A stretch of DNA of 64,000 nucleotides from Mytilus edulis (Eukaryota). Location: positions 48,484,001 to 48,548,000 of the forward strand of contig NC_092346.1 of assembly GCF_963676685.1 (NCBI RefSeq), given 5' to 3'. Of this stretch, positions 11,901 through 23,493 are shown in pieces. A model generated the notes under the pieces. It was not told the DNA's origin. It was given only the letters and a program-made list of their open reading frames with translations, and ran no database searches. The position numbers were made by a program, and so were the translations under genes. Position 1 is the stretch's first letter. Each line of letters starts with the position of its first letter.

Positions 11901-14900
11901 TATGAATGAGGTGATCCAATCAGATGTCTTTTCCTCAATACTGACACACAGGTGCTTGCATGATGGAACTTATTGTAGCAGGAAGTCATATAACGAATGA
12001 ACTTTGATCGTCGGCACCCAAATTTGTAATCTAAAAAAAAGTTTAGTTTATTCTAGAATAAGGGGATTTAATATGATTTTAAATGAGCCACCCATTCAAA
12101 CAGAGACTATAGGAATATACTGTGAATATCTATATGTTACCGTACGACCTTCTACAATTATCCAAAAACATACCGTTTGGTAATTAAAAATAGAGAAACA
12201 GCAATTCTGTGCATGCTCAAATATGTGTATCATTGAAAAGAGAACTGGTTTGAATACAAATAAGTTTTGAAGACAAATCGGCATAATTGGGATTAAATTT
12301 TGTACACAATTTGTTTATATTGACAAACAGCTGCTCTGTGGGCAATGCATTTTTATTTTAAATATTGGAACCGATTTAATGTAATATGAATGGATGCATT
12401 GTATTATTTAAAAATGAACGAATTTAGTGTTGAACTTTGGTTAACTACTAGAAATATATGTACAAGACATACAAAGAGATAAAGCATTGTCGAATTTCTT
12501 TTTCTTGTTAGCTCATTCGATTATAATTAGTCAATTTTAAACAAAAATGGCACTTACATGATCTTCCGTAAACAATGCCTCTCTTTACAAAAGTTACACC
12601 TAAGCCAAATCCATGACCATATTTATGGTAAACGTGTCGTCTACCAATCAAACCTTGTTTAATCAGACCAGGGAAACAATCGCCTATATCTCCATAATCT
12701 TCATAACAGGAATTTAGTGCACCGTACAGTTTTGTTGAACTGCAAAGACGTCCATAGTCTGACATAAAAAAAAACTTATTATTATAAATACATGCATTTA
12801 CACATTCAATGCAGCTCAGATCTAAAAAGAAAATGATAAAGAAAAAAACCGATTCAACCTGGAAAATATACAATCATTATAACCATTACTTTTAGAAAGT
12901 TGTCTTTCTTGTTCATAATTATTACTTTTCATTCAGTATTTGACACTGAAACATATTAGTTCTACAGTAATTTTGGGAACATTTTGAATAAAAATATGTT
13001 ACTTGCACCTGAAATGAACAGGTTTTTTTTACTGCCTGTGGATTTTGTAAGATTTAACTAGAAATGTAAATACGAAATTGCCTCATTAGATTTCTAAGTA
13101 ATATAATCCCGAAAAAAAAATAGTTCTGCAACAAAAGTCTAGTGCAGTGTATAGTTGACTTACAGAATCCATTATATCTGATTCCACGGCCGATAAGTTC
13201 AACGCCAAGTCTGTGGAAACGATTGAATATGCGTCCTACATGAAATCTGTAGGCATGTCCTGAAAGTCAAAGACAATAGCGAAATATTATAAGATCTACC
13301 TTAACTGTAGGAAATTGTGACATCAAAATATAGTGTGACCTTTGATATTATGATTTGGTAATGAAAAGAGACACGAAGCAAACTTAAATGTGAAAGACAC
13401 AAGTCGACAGAAATAAGCATAATATATTTGCAGATTCTATTAAATTTTATATATGTATTATTTGTTTTATCTTCAGTATTGCCAAATAAATTTGAGTTTG
13501 CCTTTCATAAATATCTGATTTAAATGGAGTTATGTGCTTTGTTTGCTGAATTAATATCAATTTAACACAGCAAAAGTCAAAAGTTACAAATTACTGATTC
13601 AATTGAGTCAAAAAATGACTGATAAAAACATATTTGGTACATTTGATCTTACCTTTGCCACCATGTGAAAATCTGTGATGAATGAGGCTGTGACCATGAC
13701 CATAACGATAACCATGTTTCTTAAGATAATATTCGTGTTTCTTATGGAGATGTCTCACGTTTAATTCATGCTTGTTGTTCTGATACTGGCGTTCATTCAA
13801 ATGCTTCTTATGTTGATGTTCAACAGATGACAAATGATATTTTGTGTGTTTGTGGAGTCGTCTAAGATGGTAATCTACGAGTTGTTTAAATCTATTCATA
13901 TGACTTCTAGCCACGCTTGCAATTCTGCTTACGTGTTTGTTTGCCTGGTGTTGAATGTTGTGAATATGTTTGTTTGATACATGAGATATTCTCGCGACAT
14001 GACTCTTAGCTACATTATGGATTCTTCTTGCATGGTTGTTAGCAATTCTTCTGTGATGGTACAAGTGTTTGTTCAGAATAGCATGAGTGGCTGTAAAATG
14101 ATAGAAGCATATATTGTACTATTGCTATATATGTCATATCGAGCTCGTTTTATGTAGTATGCAATATAAAAATGTTCAAGATTTTTTTTTTTTATGCAAA
14201 GCATTCAATTGAGAAAATAAAAATAAAAACAACCATGTTAACAGCAATTTATAGTATTCAATACAAATTGATAGAACCATTAAATTTCTATAATAATCGA
14301 TAGCATCAATGATATGGCTGTAATTTTATTTGTTGCGAAGTACATTGTGAAATGGAACAAATGAATAAAAAAAAGGTGAAGAATAAATTAAAAAAATAAA
14401 ATAGTATTTTATAAACTTTTCTCGTTAACACCATCAACAGTTCCTTTCTCAATTTCATTTTGTAAGGAAGTGAAATAGATACACTGTCATATAAATTTAG
14501 AAAAATGTACCTCCAACGTATCTGTAGAAGAGATGAAGACTTCTTAGTCGATCAAAACAGATCCCCACACTATGATAACGATGATAACATTGACCCCAAT
14601 GTCTATAGAATCGGCTTCTGCTACATTTCAGTCTGTATGCTGTAATTAAAATCTATCTTGTTTCTAGGGTGTTGAATTATAAAAAAGCAAGATTGAGTCT
14701 TAATTAACTAAAAGAACTGCATACGATGAATCCTCGGTTATTAATCATGATAGAAATATTGGATATAAAAATATTCATAAATGGGAGCAATTAAAAAAAA
14801 AGCAATGGCAAGTATTATGATAAAAATTAATATATGAAATGTTAGCAACTTCTATTATGATGTTATCCATATTCATATTTTAGCCACTGTCTTTATTATC

Positions 14901-17900
14901 TTTATTTGCAAATACACAAATGAGAAGCAGTTAATTGCTATAACTTTATACAATCATATTGGGGTTTTCAATTTAACTTAATGTATTTTACGAGTCGGGC
15001 ATCAATATGTTTCCTTTATATGGACATTTATGATGTCTTATTCTAAATGCATAATGGTTACTGGAATTACTATAGTTAAAGGTAGACTCAATACTCCGTG
15101 TACATTACTGTCATTGGGTATAATCTTCTTATCAAATAATATATGCTTTCTCAGACGAGTCTTTATGATTTAATCCACAGTACTGAAGTATGTTGTTTTG
15201 TTCGATCATATTAACATGAACATTACCATTTAAAATTGAGAATGGAAATGGGGAATGTGTCAAAGAGACAACAACCCGACCAAATAAAAAAAACAACAGC
15301 AGAGGGTCACCAACCGGTCTTCAATGTAGCGAGAAATTCCCGCACCCGGAGGCGTCCTTCAGCTGGCCCCTAAACAAATATATACTAGTCCAGTGATAAT
15401 GAACGCCATACTTATTTCCAAATGTACACAAGAAACTAAAATTAAAATAATACAAGACTAACAAAGGCCAGAGGCTCCTGACTTGGGACAGGCGCAAAAA
15501 TGCGGCGGGGTTAAACATGTTTGTTTTACTATTCTTTCAAAATCATTGCATTAAAATTGTATAGGAACGTAAAATGTTAAATGTCAGCTGTTCATTGTTA
15601 TGCATTTATGCATTAAACCACCAGTGTGTTTACCATTTTGTCCCTTATTTTACCTTACTTCAATATAGATCTACTAATGTTTCTAGATTTACTTACCAAT
15701 TCCACCATATGTGAATCTATTATGGTGTATACTAAATCCGTGATGACTTTTGTAATAACCATAGTCATATACAATTCCACCATGTCCACTCCTGTAACCA
15801 GCTCCGTACCCACCACTTGAGTAACCTGCTATTTATATTAAAATGGAAAATTAAAAACAGATAGTGAAAAAGATGGGGAGAATCATTCAACATTTAAATA
15901 TTCACTTGATAAGTAAACTGATTTAGACAGCCACAAAAAGTAATCGAAACAACAAAACGAAATGTCAATGCATATTAATTTGAAAACAATGTTTTTTGCC
16001 ACAAATAAGATTAATTCACGCCTTTACAATGTGAATTTTCTACCAATTTTAAAATAAATGTACTAAAATTCACTACTGAAAAGTCATTGATGTATACATG
16101 ATTAGGAACCTAAAATTCTATGGACCACTTACTAGTAATAAAAACAAAAACAGTTCCTTGCATTTATAACTTTGAATTTGTAAGTGTTACATGTGCCTGT
16201 CCCAAGTCAAGAGCCTGTAATTTAGTGATCGTCGTTTGTTTATGTGTTACATATTTGTTTTTCTTTATTGTTTTGTACATAAATAAGGCCGTTAGTTTTT
16301 TCGTTTGAATTGTTTGACATTGTCATTTCTGGGCCTTTTATAGCTGACTATGCGGTATGGGCTTTGTTCATATTTAAAGGCCGTCCGGTGACCTGTAGTT
16401 GTTAATTTCTTTGTCATTTTGGTCTCATGTGGAGAGTTGTCTCATTGGCAATCATACCACATCTTCTTTTTTTTAAATGTACATGTAATTACCATTATAA
16501 TATGAAAACAGATGCTTCCTTCTAAGGTATCCAAAACATCTACCAACACTGTGGTATCGACCATAACATCTGTTCCAATAACTGTAGAAACGTCTCTTAC
16601 TGCAACTCAGTTTGTAATCTATATGAAATAAAGACACAAGAGGCTAGAAGATATCTATAGAACAAAAGAAATATTTAACAGAATAAAAAAAGTGTTTTGA
16701 AAGACTACCGATCGTCCACCCCTTATGATAAGTTATAACCTCATACTGCTTAGAGAATAGACAATTTGTCAATCAATTTTACAAAGTCATCAAGAACTCT
16801 TTCAAGATTTTAAGAGCAAAAAAAAAGTTCCCTATTGCTGAAAACACGGAGATATCCTATTCAATATATGTATGATTGAAGCATATATACATAACTACAA
16901 AATAACGTTGAGCATTTATTTTGTACTCAACTGTTCACCCGTTTATAGTGTTTCGGTACTTTTCTTATTTTTTGTTTTGTATGTGGTCAATTGTTTATTT
17001 TCGTTTGTTTTTGTGTAAAATATACATAACTTACATTTTCCTCCGTATCTGAATCTTCCATGGGAAATCTTAAATCTTCGGAAACGTGTGTACCCGGAAA
17101 GGTGCATGTGACCATGATATGAATGAGGTGATCGAATTAGATGTCGTTTTCTCAAAACTGACACACAGGTGCTTGCATGATGGAACTTATTGTAGCAAGA
17201 AGTCATATAACGGATGAACTTTGACCGACGGCACCCATATTTGTAATCTGAAAAATAATTTTATCAAAAATAATCAGATGTGTAAGATTGGCAATGAGGA
17301 AACAATCAGTCTGATCCTAAAAAATGAGCCTGTTAAAAACGATGGGCCACCATACTGCATTAAATGATCATAAACCATCATACCGTTCGGTGAATAAAGA
17401 AAACAGGTTCGTCAATGTGTTAATGCTTGAAACGGTTCAACGTACGCAAAATGTATACTTAAGATAGCTAAAACTATTTTCAAGTGTTTCAAATTTGCAG
17501 CTGAGAGATTACCCAGTCAAACTGAATTTACGTCAAATAACGAAAAACATGTATAAAATCTACATTTTTTACATTCTAATCCATATAACATATTGTCATT
17601 TTTATATGGTTGGAGACAATCTCATCAGTTTTAAAGATTGAAACAGTTGTAATTAAATGCGATAGGGTAAATTGCATTTCCCTTGTTCCGCAATACTTAT
17701 TGAATAATTACTTATCATTTCTAATCACTCATATAACGTGGGGACACTAATTTTTAATTTAAATCAATGTATCTAAATGTTGGTAAACTAATAAAATATA
17801 TGTTCAAGACGTAACGTCAGACGATGTGTTCTCGTTTACTCATTCGAGGAATATTTTTCAATTACAAAACAATAAATATGTACTTACATGATCTTCCATA

Positions 17901-20900
17901 AACAATGCCTCTTCTCACAAAGGTGACACCTAAACCGAATCCATGACCATATTTATGGTAAACGTGGCGTCTTCCAATCAACCCTTGTTTAATCAGACCA
18001 GGGAAACAATCCCCTATGTCACCATAATCTTCATAACAGGAATTTAGTGCACCGTACAGTTTTGTTGCACTGCAAAGACGTCCATAGTCTGCAACAAAAG
18101 ACAAATGAATATAACATGAAGGGTAGCTTAGACTTAATCTTAATCTATAAAGACAATAAAAAGAGACACAAATTTACGGTCATACTATGATAACAATCAC
18201 TCAACGGAAGAACTGTTTTTTGTTCATTAATTTCATTTTTATTTTTCAATCAATATTTGACACTATAAAATGTAGAATCGAAATGGGAAATGTGTCAAAG
18301 AGACAACGATCAGATGAAAGTGTAAAAAACTGCCCAAGGCAAAACAGTGAATAAAAATTCCCGCAGTCAGAGGCGGGCTTAACTGGACCCTAAACACAAA
18401 TGTGTACTAGGTCAATGAAAAAGACGTTACTCAAAACACCGAAACATATTAATGACAAAATTTAAAAAAAAACAAAAAAACCCAGACATACATGACTAAC
18501 AAAGGCGAAAGGCTCCAGACTTGGAACACGCATAATTGTTCCTTGGAATTTTTGCAGCAAAATGTATGATCTTTTACCTTTTTATTTATTAGTCCTTTTT
18601 CGGTATTTCTTACCTTTAATTATAAAACTTAAAGTTTCATACAAAATGTACCACACCTAAAATTCATTGACATTATAACAGTCCCGTAAAAGTTTCTTTC
18701 TTAAAGTCGAACGTAGTGTACAATATTACTTACAGAATCCGTTATATCTGATTCCACGTCCGATAAGTTTAACACCAAGATTGTGGAAACGTTTGAATAT
18801 ACGCCCTACTTTAAATTTGTAGGCATGTCCTAAAAGTACAAGACAATAGCAAAAATATAATAAAATATATGTTCAATTCAGGGCAATAAAATGCACATAA
18901 GAACGAGCTTAAGTGCTTCCAAAGCAGGACGAAAACCCAAGCTTAGCTAACCTTTTTTCTGTAATATGCACAAATAAAAAAAATAAACATATTGCTTTGA
19001 CAACGACTGTGAAGTCGACATCAATGTGAACTGTGTCGTTAATAACTGTTTGGACACGGAGTCGGAATTCCAATTATACCAATAAAGTTTGTTCATGATA
19101 TAATCAGTATCCAAAGAGATGATATTTGTTTAGATCACGGCGTTGGCGTTACTTTACAGCTGTATTTGAACATTATATATAATGCATTACAGTTATCAAT
19201 TTGGTAATGTTTATGATTTTTTCATCACGTATTCCCAAGTTTTGATAAACCTTAGAACTGAAAGTAGAATCTGCCAAATCCGTGTATTTTTAGCATTGTT
19301 ATTAAAGGGAATTGTTTTTTCTAAAATGGTAATTGTTCCCTCTTTTTATGATGAACTTAAAATAAAAATCGGTATGAATCAGACTTTAATGAGACATACA
19401 CCAGACGACAAAATAGAAATGGAAATAATCACTTTTATTTAGATTCAAATACCTATTTCTTTTTTTGTCAACTGATTACATTTGTTCATATCAATTTTCA
19501 AAGATGTCAGAGCTTTCATGTATTAATTCTAATCGGACTCTCAAAGATCACAAGAAATGCCTGTCATTGATAAAAAGAACATGTTTTCATTTCGTTAAAT
19601 CTTTGATATAAACACACTCCCGAACAACACAAGCATGCCTTTAAGATGAAGATAAGCAATAAAAATGCAGTCTTTTTGGTTATTGTGTGGGATTTGCTCT
19701 GTTTGTACTGATTTTGTGTTATGAATGAATACCTCATACTCTTTGTTTTTCTATTATGAAAGTAAAATATGAAAGTTAGAACAGCACAAAAACACTGATG
19801 ATGGCCAACGATTAACTCATGCGCATCGATACTGTCTTTTTTTCGAACCAGATATTCGTTAATAATAAAACAAAAACACGATTGGTAATAAAGTTATTAC
19901 CTGATAAAGTAAGGGAAGTTGACAAAAATAAGTACACAAAGCCAAATAACACGAGTACAGAACTAAGGGCATCACTTAGTAAAATGACGAATTTCCTTTA
20001 CATACTAGGTTAAATACATACAATCAGTACTTGGTGTAGAATGAGTATATAGCATATCATCTTCTGAGATTATTTCAATTATTCTCTCACTTAATATAAT
20101 AATTTGGAGATGCAGTATGACTGAGACAATGAGACATTTATCCATCACATATTCAAAATGTTCACATGACGTGCATGTATTCAATCAACTCAATATCAGA
20201 CGGACACAAAAAAAATATAACGCTCAAATAGTCATACCAGTAATAAGTTTGTGCCCAGCATAACCGGCATGGTGACCATGAGAAACATAGCTTGAGCTTG
20301 AGTATGAACTTGATTTAACTACTTTAGGTTTGTAGCTATAGTCTTCTTTATTACCGGAATAATAGTCTTTACTGCCATACCCATTCGTAGCTGAAATTTG
20401 ATAAAAAAAAAAAAAAAAAAAAAACAATTATGAAACAGAAATAAAAATTTGTAAATATAGCAACTTTCAGATTTCCCCCCGATCTTTTAATGTCCATCAC
20501 AGATACATGTAATGTGCATATTATTTAAAATATTAGATAAAACTATAAAACTGTAAAAAAGACTTGCCACTGGAAAGTATTTTACATCTTATTCCAGTTT
20601 TCTAGTAACCTTTTTTTTATATATAAAAAATGCTTTTTTGTCACACAATGAATTACATTTAATTTGATTGAAATACGAAAATAATATGTGCTATCGTTGA
20701 CGATGATATCCCTCAACAGTTCATTTCACGCACATTTAAACTGAACTTATTCATAAAATTGTTTCTCAACTAAAAATTACTGTATATCAATTAAAAAAAA
20801 TATCTATTTCTATATCTTAATGCCGATGTTATTTATTAGTCCAAAATAGTTTCTATTGGGTTTTCTGCTAGTTTATGTGTTTCCCTCGATTTTGGTGTGT

Positions 20901-21460
20901 GACTTTTTTTTGTTTTGGCTTTATCGCTTTATGATTTTTGAACAACAGTCAAATAATATTTCCTTAATTACAAGATCTTATACAAAAAACGAAAAAAAAA
21001 AAAAATATGTATAACTCTTAAGGTACTGAATGGCTCTATAGAAAAAAAGATTGATATTTTTTTTTCTATTATATAAAAAGCTTTAACCTCAATTTTGGTT
21101 AGATGGAGACATTCCAGAAAAAAAATTCTGTACATTGTACACACGAGTCGCACATGAGATGACTTTAAATTAATTTATATATAGTTAAGTTTCTGGGACA
21201 TTTCAAAACTCAAAAGTCTGCAATCTATCGAGTTCTGAAAGTTGTTTAATCTTTTGTTTTTACTTTTTTTGTAAATATTTTTAGTTTTAGTACTTGGAAC
21301 ACACAAATAAAAAAAACTAACTGTCTGAAGGCAGTTAAGGTTTGAATTTAAGCTGACCAATAGAGAAAAAAAATCAAACTAATTATTAAATTAAAACTTA
21401 TCGAGAATACTTACATGCAGCAATCGCTGCAATGAGTAGGACTAGTATCCCACAAGCCAT
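2896..21460 (-). CDS. mfp-12: Gene A: secreted His/Tyr/Cys-rich modular protein, mussel foot protein-12-like, with internally duplicated body (20 coding exons, ~1110 aa)
   Basis: GT-AG exons read by eye: 21415-21460, 20238-20390, 18734-18829, 17888-18088, 17035-17247, 16493-16618, 15697-15825, 14511-14639, 13653-14090, 13164-13259, 12558-12758, 11818-12030, 9243-9368, 8210-8338, 7852-7980, 5779-5889, 5252-5380, 4224-4709, 3346-3474, 2896-2948. All introns phase 1; sum 3333 nt, open frame from signal peptide MACGILVLLIAAIAASTNG to TAA. The symbol rests on recalled architecture (His-rich helix plus Cys/His modules), not on a search. Confidence 0.8.
3346..3474 (-). CDS. Gene A exon 19 (Cys module)
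   Basis: AYQLACGDKRFWRYWSHCYSHYHSRSVCFGKLKKRRLFDLYTD. Confidence 0.88.
4224..4709 (-). CDS. Gene A exon 18 (His-rich 11-residue-repeat helix, copy 2)
   Basis: HHHALRKHLYRHRQIAHHHTRRIHRVAKSH...YHGFKIRQHRFSYGGK; 486 nt; inside track ORF 4210..4779. Confidence 0.9.
5252..5380 (-). CDS. Gene A exon 17 (Cys/His module)
   Basis: AYKLKCSRSRFYRHWGQCYHRYHSVGTCFRRLGRHHLFYRYVR. Confidence 0.88.
5779..5889 (-). CDS. Gene A exon 16 (Gly/Tyr/His module)
   Basis: EDYSEIGYSSGPIYDRSYYYSHHGFRIRHHRFSYNGI. Confidence 0.85.
6325..7592. mobile_element. PIF/Harbinger-like MITE nested in the TTAA element
   Basis: TTA-GGCCGTGTTC ... GAACACGGCC-TTA: 10-bp perfect TIR, 3-bp TTA TSD. Confidence 0.72.
6535..6823. mobile_element. 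Possible third nested MITE
   Basis: Imperfect TIRs TAAGGGAACGACCATTTGACT / AGTTATGTGGTTGCTTCTTTA with subterminal G and C runs. Confidence 0.4.
7852..7980 (-). CDS. Gene A exon 15 (Cys/His module)
   Basis: GYKLKCGRSRFYRLWGQCYHRYHSVGSCFGRLHRQHLFYRYGG. Confidence 0.88.
8210..8338 (-). CDS. Gene A exon 14 (Gly/Tyr/His module)
   Basis: GYSSVTHSAYGAGYSSGITYDFAYYKSHHGFTIRNNQFTYGGI. Confidence 0.85.
8437..8878 (-). mobile_element. Family P2 3' fragment
   Basis: Reverse complement matches 27746-27968 and continues into the 3' UTR shared with 22351-22628. Confidence 0.75.
9243..9368 (-). CDS. Gene A exon 13 (duplicate of exon 6)
   Basis: YYKLSCSKRRFYSYWNRCYGRYHSVGRCFGYLRRKHLFSYYN. Confidence 0.88.
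10150..10805. repeat. Internal tandem duplication inside the Helitron
   Basis: CAATCGTATGATAGATAACAAAAA at ~10149 and ~10430, each followed by ~250 bp of similar sequence; a sub-repeat is triplicated. Confidence 0.75.
10692..10725. mobile_element. 34-bp TIR-only mini-insertion with 7-bp target duplication
   Basis: ATTCTGT-CAGGGACTTTCTAT-gttagt-ATAGAAAGTCCCTG-ATTCTGT; empty site in the paralogous segment near 10329-10340. Confidence 0.75.
11818..12030 (-). CDS. Gene A exon 12 (duplicate of exon 5)
   Basis: YYKFGCRRSKFIRYMTSCYNKFHHASTC...; 213 nt. Confidence 0.88.
12558..12758 (-). CDS. Gene A exon 11 (duplicate of exon 4)
   Basis: YYGRLCSSTKLYGALNSCYEDYGDIGDCFPG...; 201 nt. Confidence 0.88.
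13164..13259 (-). CDS. Gene A exon 10 (duplicate of exon 3)
   Basis: GHAYRFHVGRIFNRFHRLGVELIGRGIRYNGF. Confidence 0.85.
13653..14090 (-). CDS. Gene A exon 9 (His-rich 11-residue-repeat helix, copy 1)
   Basis: ATHAILNKHLYHHRRIANNHARRIHNVAKSHVARISHVSNKH...HHRFSHGGK; 438 nt; overlaps track ORF 13591..14064. Confidence 0.9.
14511..14639 (-). CDS. Gene A exon 8 (Cys/His module)
   Basis: AYRLKCSRSRFYRHWGQCYHRYHSVGICFDRLRSLHLFYRYVG. Confidence 0.88.
15010..15128 (-). pseudogene. Decayed pseudo-exon homologous to exons 5779-5889 and 34583-34714
   Basis: Reads EDYTQ*Q*CTRSIESTFNYSNSSNHYAFRIRHHKCPYKGN: two in-frame stops and no GT donor at the homologous position. Confidence 0.65.
15231..15523 (-). 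mobile_element. Family P1 3' fragment
   Basis: AAAATTGAGAATGGAAATGGGG...GGCGGGGTTAAACATG, similar to 62756-63043. Confidence 0.78.
15697..15825 (-). CDS. Gene A exon 7 (Gly/Tyr/His module)
   Basis: GYSSGGYGAGYRSGHGGIVYDYGYYKSHHGFSIHHNRFTYGGI. Confidence 0.85.
16190..16474 (+). repeat. Interspersed repeat 3' end (SINE/LINE-like), unclassified
   Basis: GGCCTTTTATAGCTGACTATGCGGTATGGGCTTTG...GTTGTCTCATTGGCAATCATACCACATCTTCTTTTT recurs at ~45490-45662 and inverted at ~31975-32120. Confidence 0.65.
16493..16618 (-). CDS. Gene A exon 6 (Cys/His module)
   Basis: YYKLSCSKRRFYSYWNRCYGRYHSVGRCFGYLRRKHLFSYYN. Confidence 0.88.
17035..17247 (-). CDS. Gene A exon 5 (Cys module + His tail)
   Basis: YYKYGCRRSKFIRYMTSCYNKFHHASTCVSVL...HGRFRYGGK; 213 nt. 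Confidence 0.88.
17888..18088 (-). CDS. Gene A exon 4 (Cys module + Gly/His tail)
   Basis: YYGRLCSATKLYGALNSCYEDYGDIGDCFPGLIKQGLIG...GIVYGRS; 201 nt. Confidence 0.88.
18272..18535 (-). mobile_element. Family P1 3' fragment, degraded
   Basis: Diverged match to 15231-15500. Confidence 0.6.
18734..18829 (-). CDS. Gene A exon 3
   Basis: GHAYKFKVGRIFKRFHNLGVKLIGRGIRYNGF; 96 nt as in three paralogous exons. Confidence 0.85.
20238..20390 (-). CDS. Gene A exon 2 (Ser/Tyr/Gly/Lys-rich N-terminus)
   Basis: STNGYGSKDYYSGNKEDYSYKPKVVKSSSYSSSSYVSHGHHAGYAGHKLIT; CAG acceptor, GTATGA donor. Confidence 0.85.
21415..21460 (-). CDS. Gene A exon 1 (signal peptide)
   Basis: MACGILVLLIAAIAA, then T|GTAAGT donor. 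Confidence 0.85.
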
Positions 21461-21660
21461 TTTGACGGATGATGTTTTATCAGCCAAAGAACCTTCTTAT
21501 ATACTAGATTCAAAACCATATGTTGCATCTAAAATGTTTAAGTACAATAAACATATTTGTATTTTTTTCTTGTTGTATGTTAACATGTAGTATAAAGTCT
21601 GATCCGGTGTTGTATTTCCTCCTCAGAAACTTTATCAAAGTATGTTTCCAATTCATTAAG
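21461..21660 (-). promoter_or_regulatory. Gene A proximal promoter (TATA box 21497-21503, E-box 21517-21522, conserved upstream block)
   Basis: TATATAA about 40 nt upstream of ATG; ~200 bp aligns with 43563-43760. Confidence 0.7.
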
Positions 21661-22031
21661 ATCAATTACGACATGTAATCTTCAGTCATCTTATATACAT
21701 ATAGGGGGATCGGTACGCATAGTCATGATTTTCCAGAAAATTAAACCTTCCATATAATTAGGTGAAAAAGTCATAAAAAGGCCACAAACAATACTGCTAC
21801 ATTTGTGTAGGTAGCCATTATAAATAAGTCAATGAGAGTCAGCGTTGAAATTTCACCTATTTTGCAGTCATTCCGAAGAAAAACTAGATTTCATTTGAAT
21901 ATATTTGTTAATATATTGTTTCGAAACATAAGACCGAGCAAATAACACAGCAATGTCATATTTATAAAATGTTTATACAACATTGACAAATTACACATGT
22001 TTGCATCGATTTCTATTAAAATTGTTGATTC

Positions 22032-22730
22032 TCCCAAGGGTGACTGGGGTACAGAAATATGATCACTTGCTCTCCTCCCGACCGGCAGTAAAACGCTTGC
22101 CGTCCGTTTGGCTGTGCGGGATGTATCAAGTTTGCAGTCACGTCCGGACAGAAGGGGGACGTTAAATCCGATGTCTCGTGTAAAGAGAGTGCCACGCTCT
22201 TTGCACGTTAAGAACCCTTACAACAACTCTTTAAGGGTTACGTAGGTGACCTGTTGAAAGCAAAATTTATGTCCCTATCCAATATACCCTCATTTACCAG
22301 TGGCAGTCCAAATTTCTCCGACCATCATCCCAGATGGTCTATATTGTATCAAAGAGGGACGAAAGATACCAAAAGGACAGTCAAACTCATAAATCTAAAA
22401 CAAACTGACAACGCCAAGGCTAAAAATTAAAAAGACAAACAAACAACAGCACACATGACACAACATAGAAAACTAAAGAATAAACAACACAAACCCTATC
22501 AAAAAACTAGGGGTGATCTCAGGTGCTCCAGAAGGGTGAGCAGACCCTGATCCACATGTGGCACCCATCGTGTTGCTTATGTGATAACAAATCCGATAAA
22601 TAGTCTAATTCGGTAGGTCACATTCATGTCAACCTACCTATTGTATTTATTGTGAACTTGTTCTCGTCCTGAATATGCATGAAATGTTTGCCACTGGACG
22701 TTCAGCAACCAACAATCAATCAATCAATAT
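22032..22730 (+). mobile_element. 5'-truncated SINE-like retroposon with (CAAT)n tail, containing a nested retroelement fragment
   Basis: 13-bp TSD AAATTGTTGATTC at 22019-22031 and 22731-22743; CAATCAATCAATCAAT tail; core GGACGTTAAA...GCACGTTAAGAACCC recalls the Deu/Nin SINE domain (from memory). Confidence 0.68.
22351..22628 (-). mobile_element. Family P2 3' fragment nested in the SINE
   Basis: Matches 8438-8720. Confidence 0.72.
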
Positions 22731-23493
22731 AAATTGTTGATTCATTAGAACTAACAATAATTCTTGTCAATGACGTAAAATGAAAAGTTTTGGAATAAGG
22801 GTGCTAGAATGGTTGCTATATAAATCAAAATGTGTCATGTTTGCCTGTTACCTTAGAAATTGACCATGTGATTATTGGACACATAATATCATTAATATTT
22901 TGGTTCAGGACCATATGGACTATTAACCAGACAATACTTTAAAGGTCAGGCATTACATTTTACGTACCAACAAATCAACATTAATGGGTAAAAGGCCTAG
23001 CAGCCATTCAATTGTAGTAAAATAGATCGTAGCGATAATTTATTTTTGAATTCATTGAGAAACAAATCGAGCAAATTTATCAAACAAGCAGTTTTTCTTT
23101 GTATAAATCTTCCAGAAAACGCATTTGGTTCGCCGCATTGTTGAATGAACTCACTCGGTTGTCCAGTTTAGTTATTCAATATCAATTTGGACCAAAATGA
23201 AAAACAAAAAAGAACGAATAAAATTGCACAGAGGACGATTAATTTATATATTGGGTTAGAGATAATCACATGGTTCTCGTGTGGTGGACAAATCTTTTTT
23301 ACTCATTATAAGACTAGTTTATTTTAATATTGTTATCGTCGAAAAAAGGCAACAGTAGTAAACCGCTATTCAAAAATCATAAATGCATTGAGAGAAAACA
23401 AATTCGGGTTACAAACTAAAACCGAGAGAAAGCATCAACTGTAAAAGGATATATTTTTCTGCTGTGAACATACTTATTTCGTTTTTAAAGTCA

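Noticed and set aside
13260-13652. Separate gene start for the second half of gene A
   Set aside because: No signal-peptide exon, exon-2 homolog or conserved promoter block in this 393-nt gap; flanking splice sites are in compatible phase.
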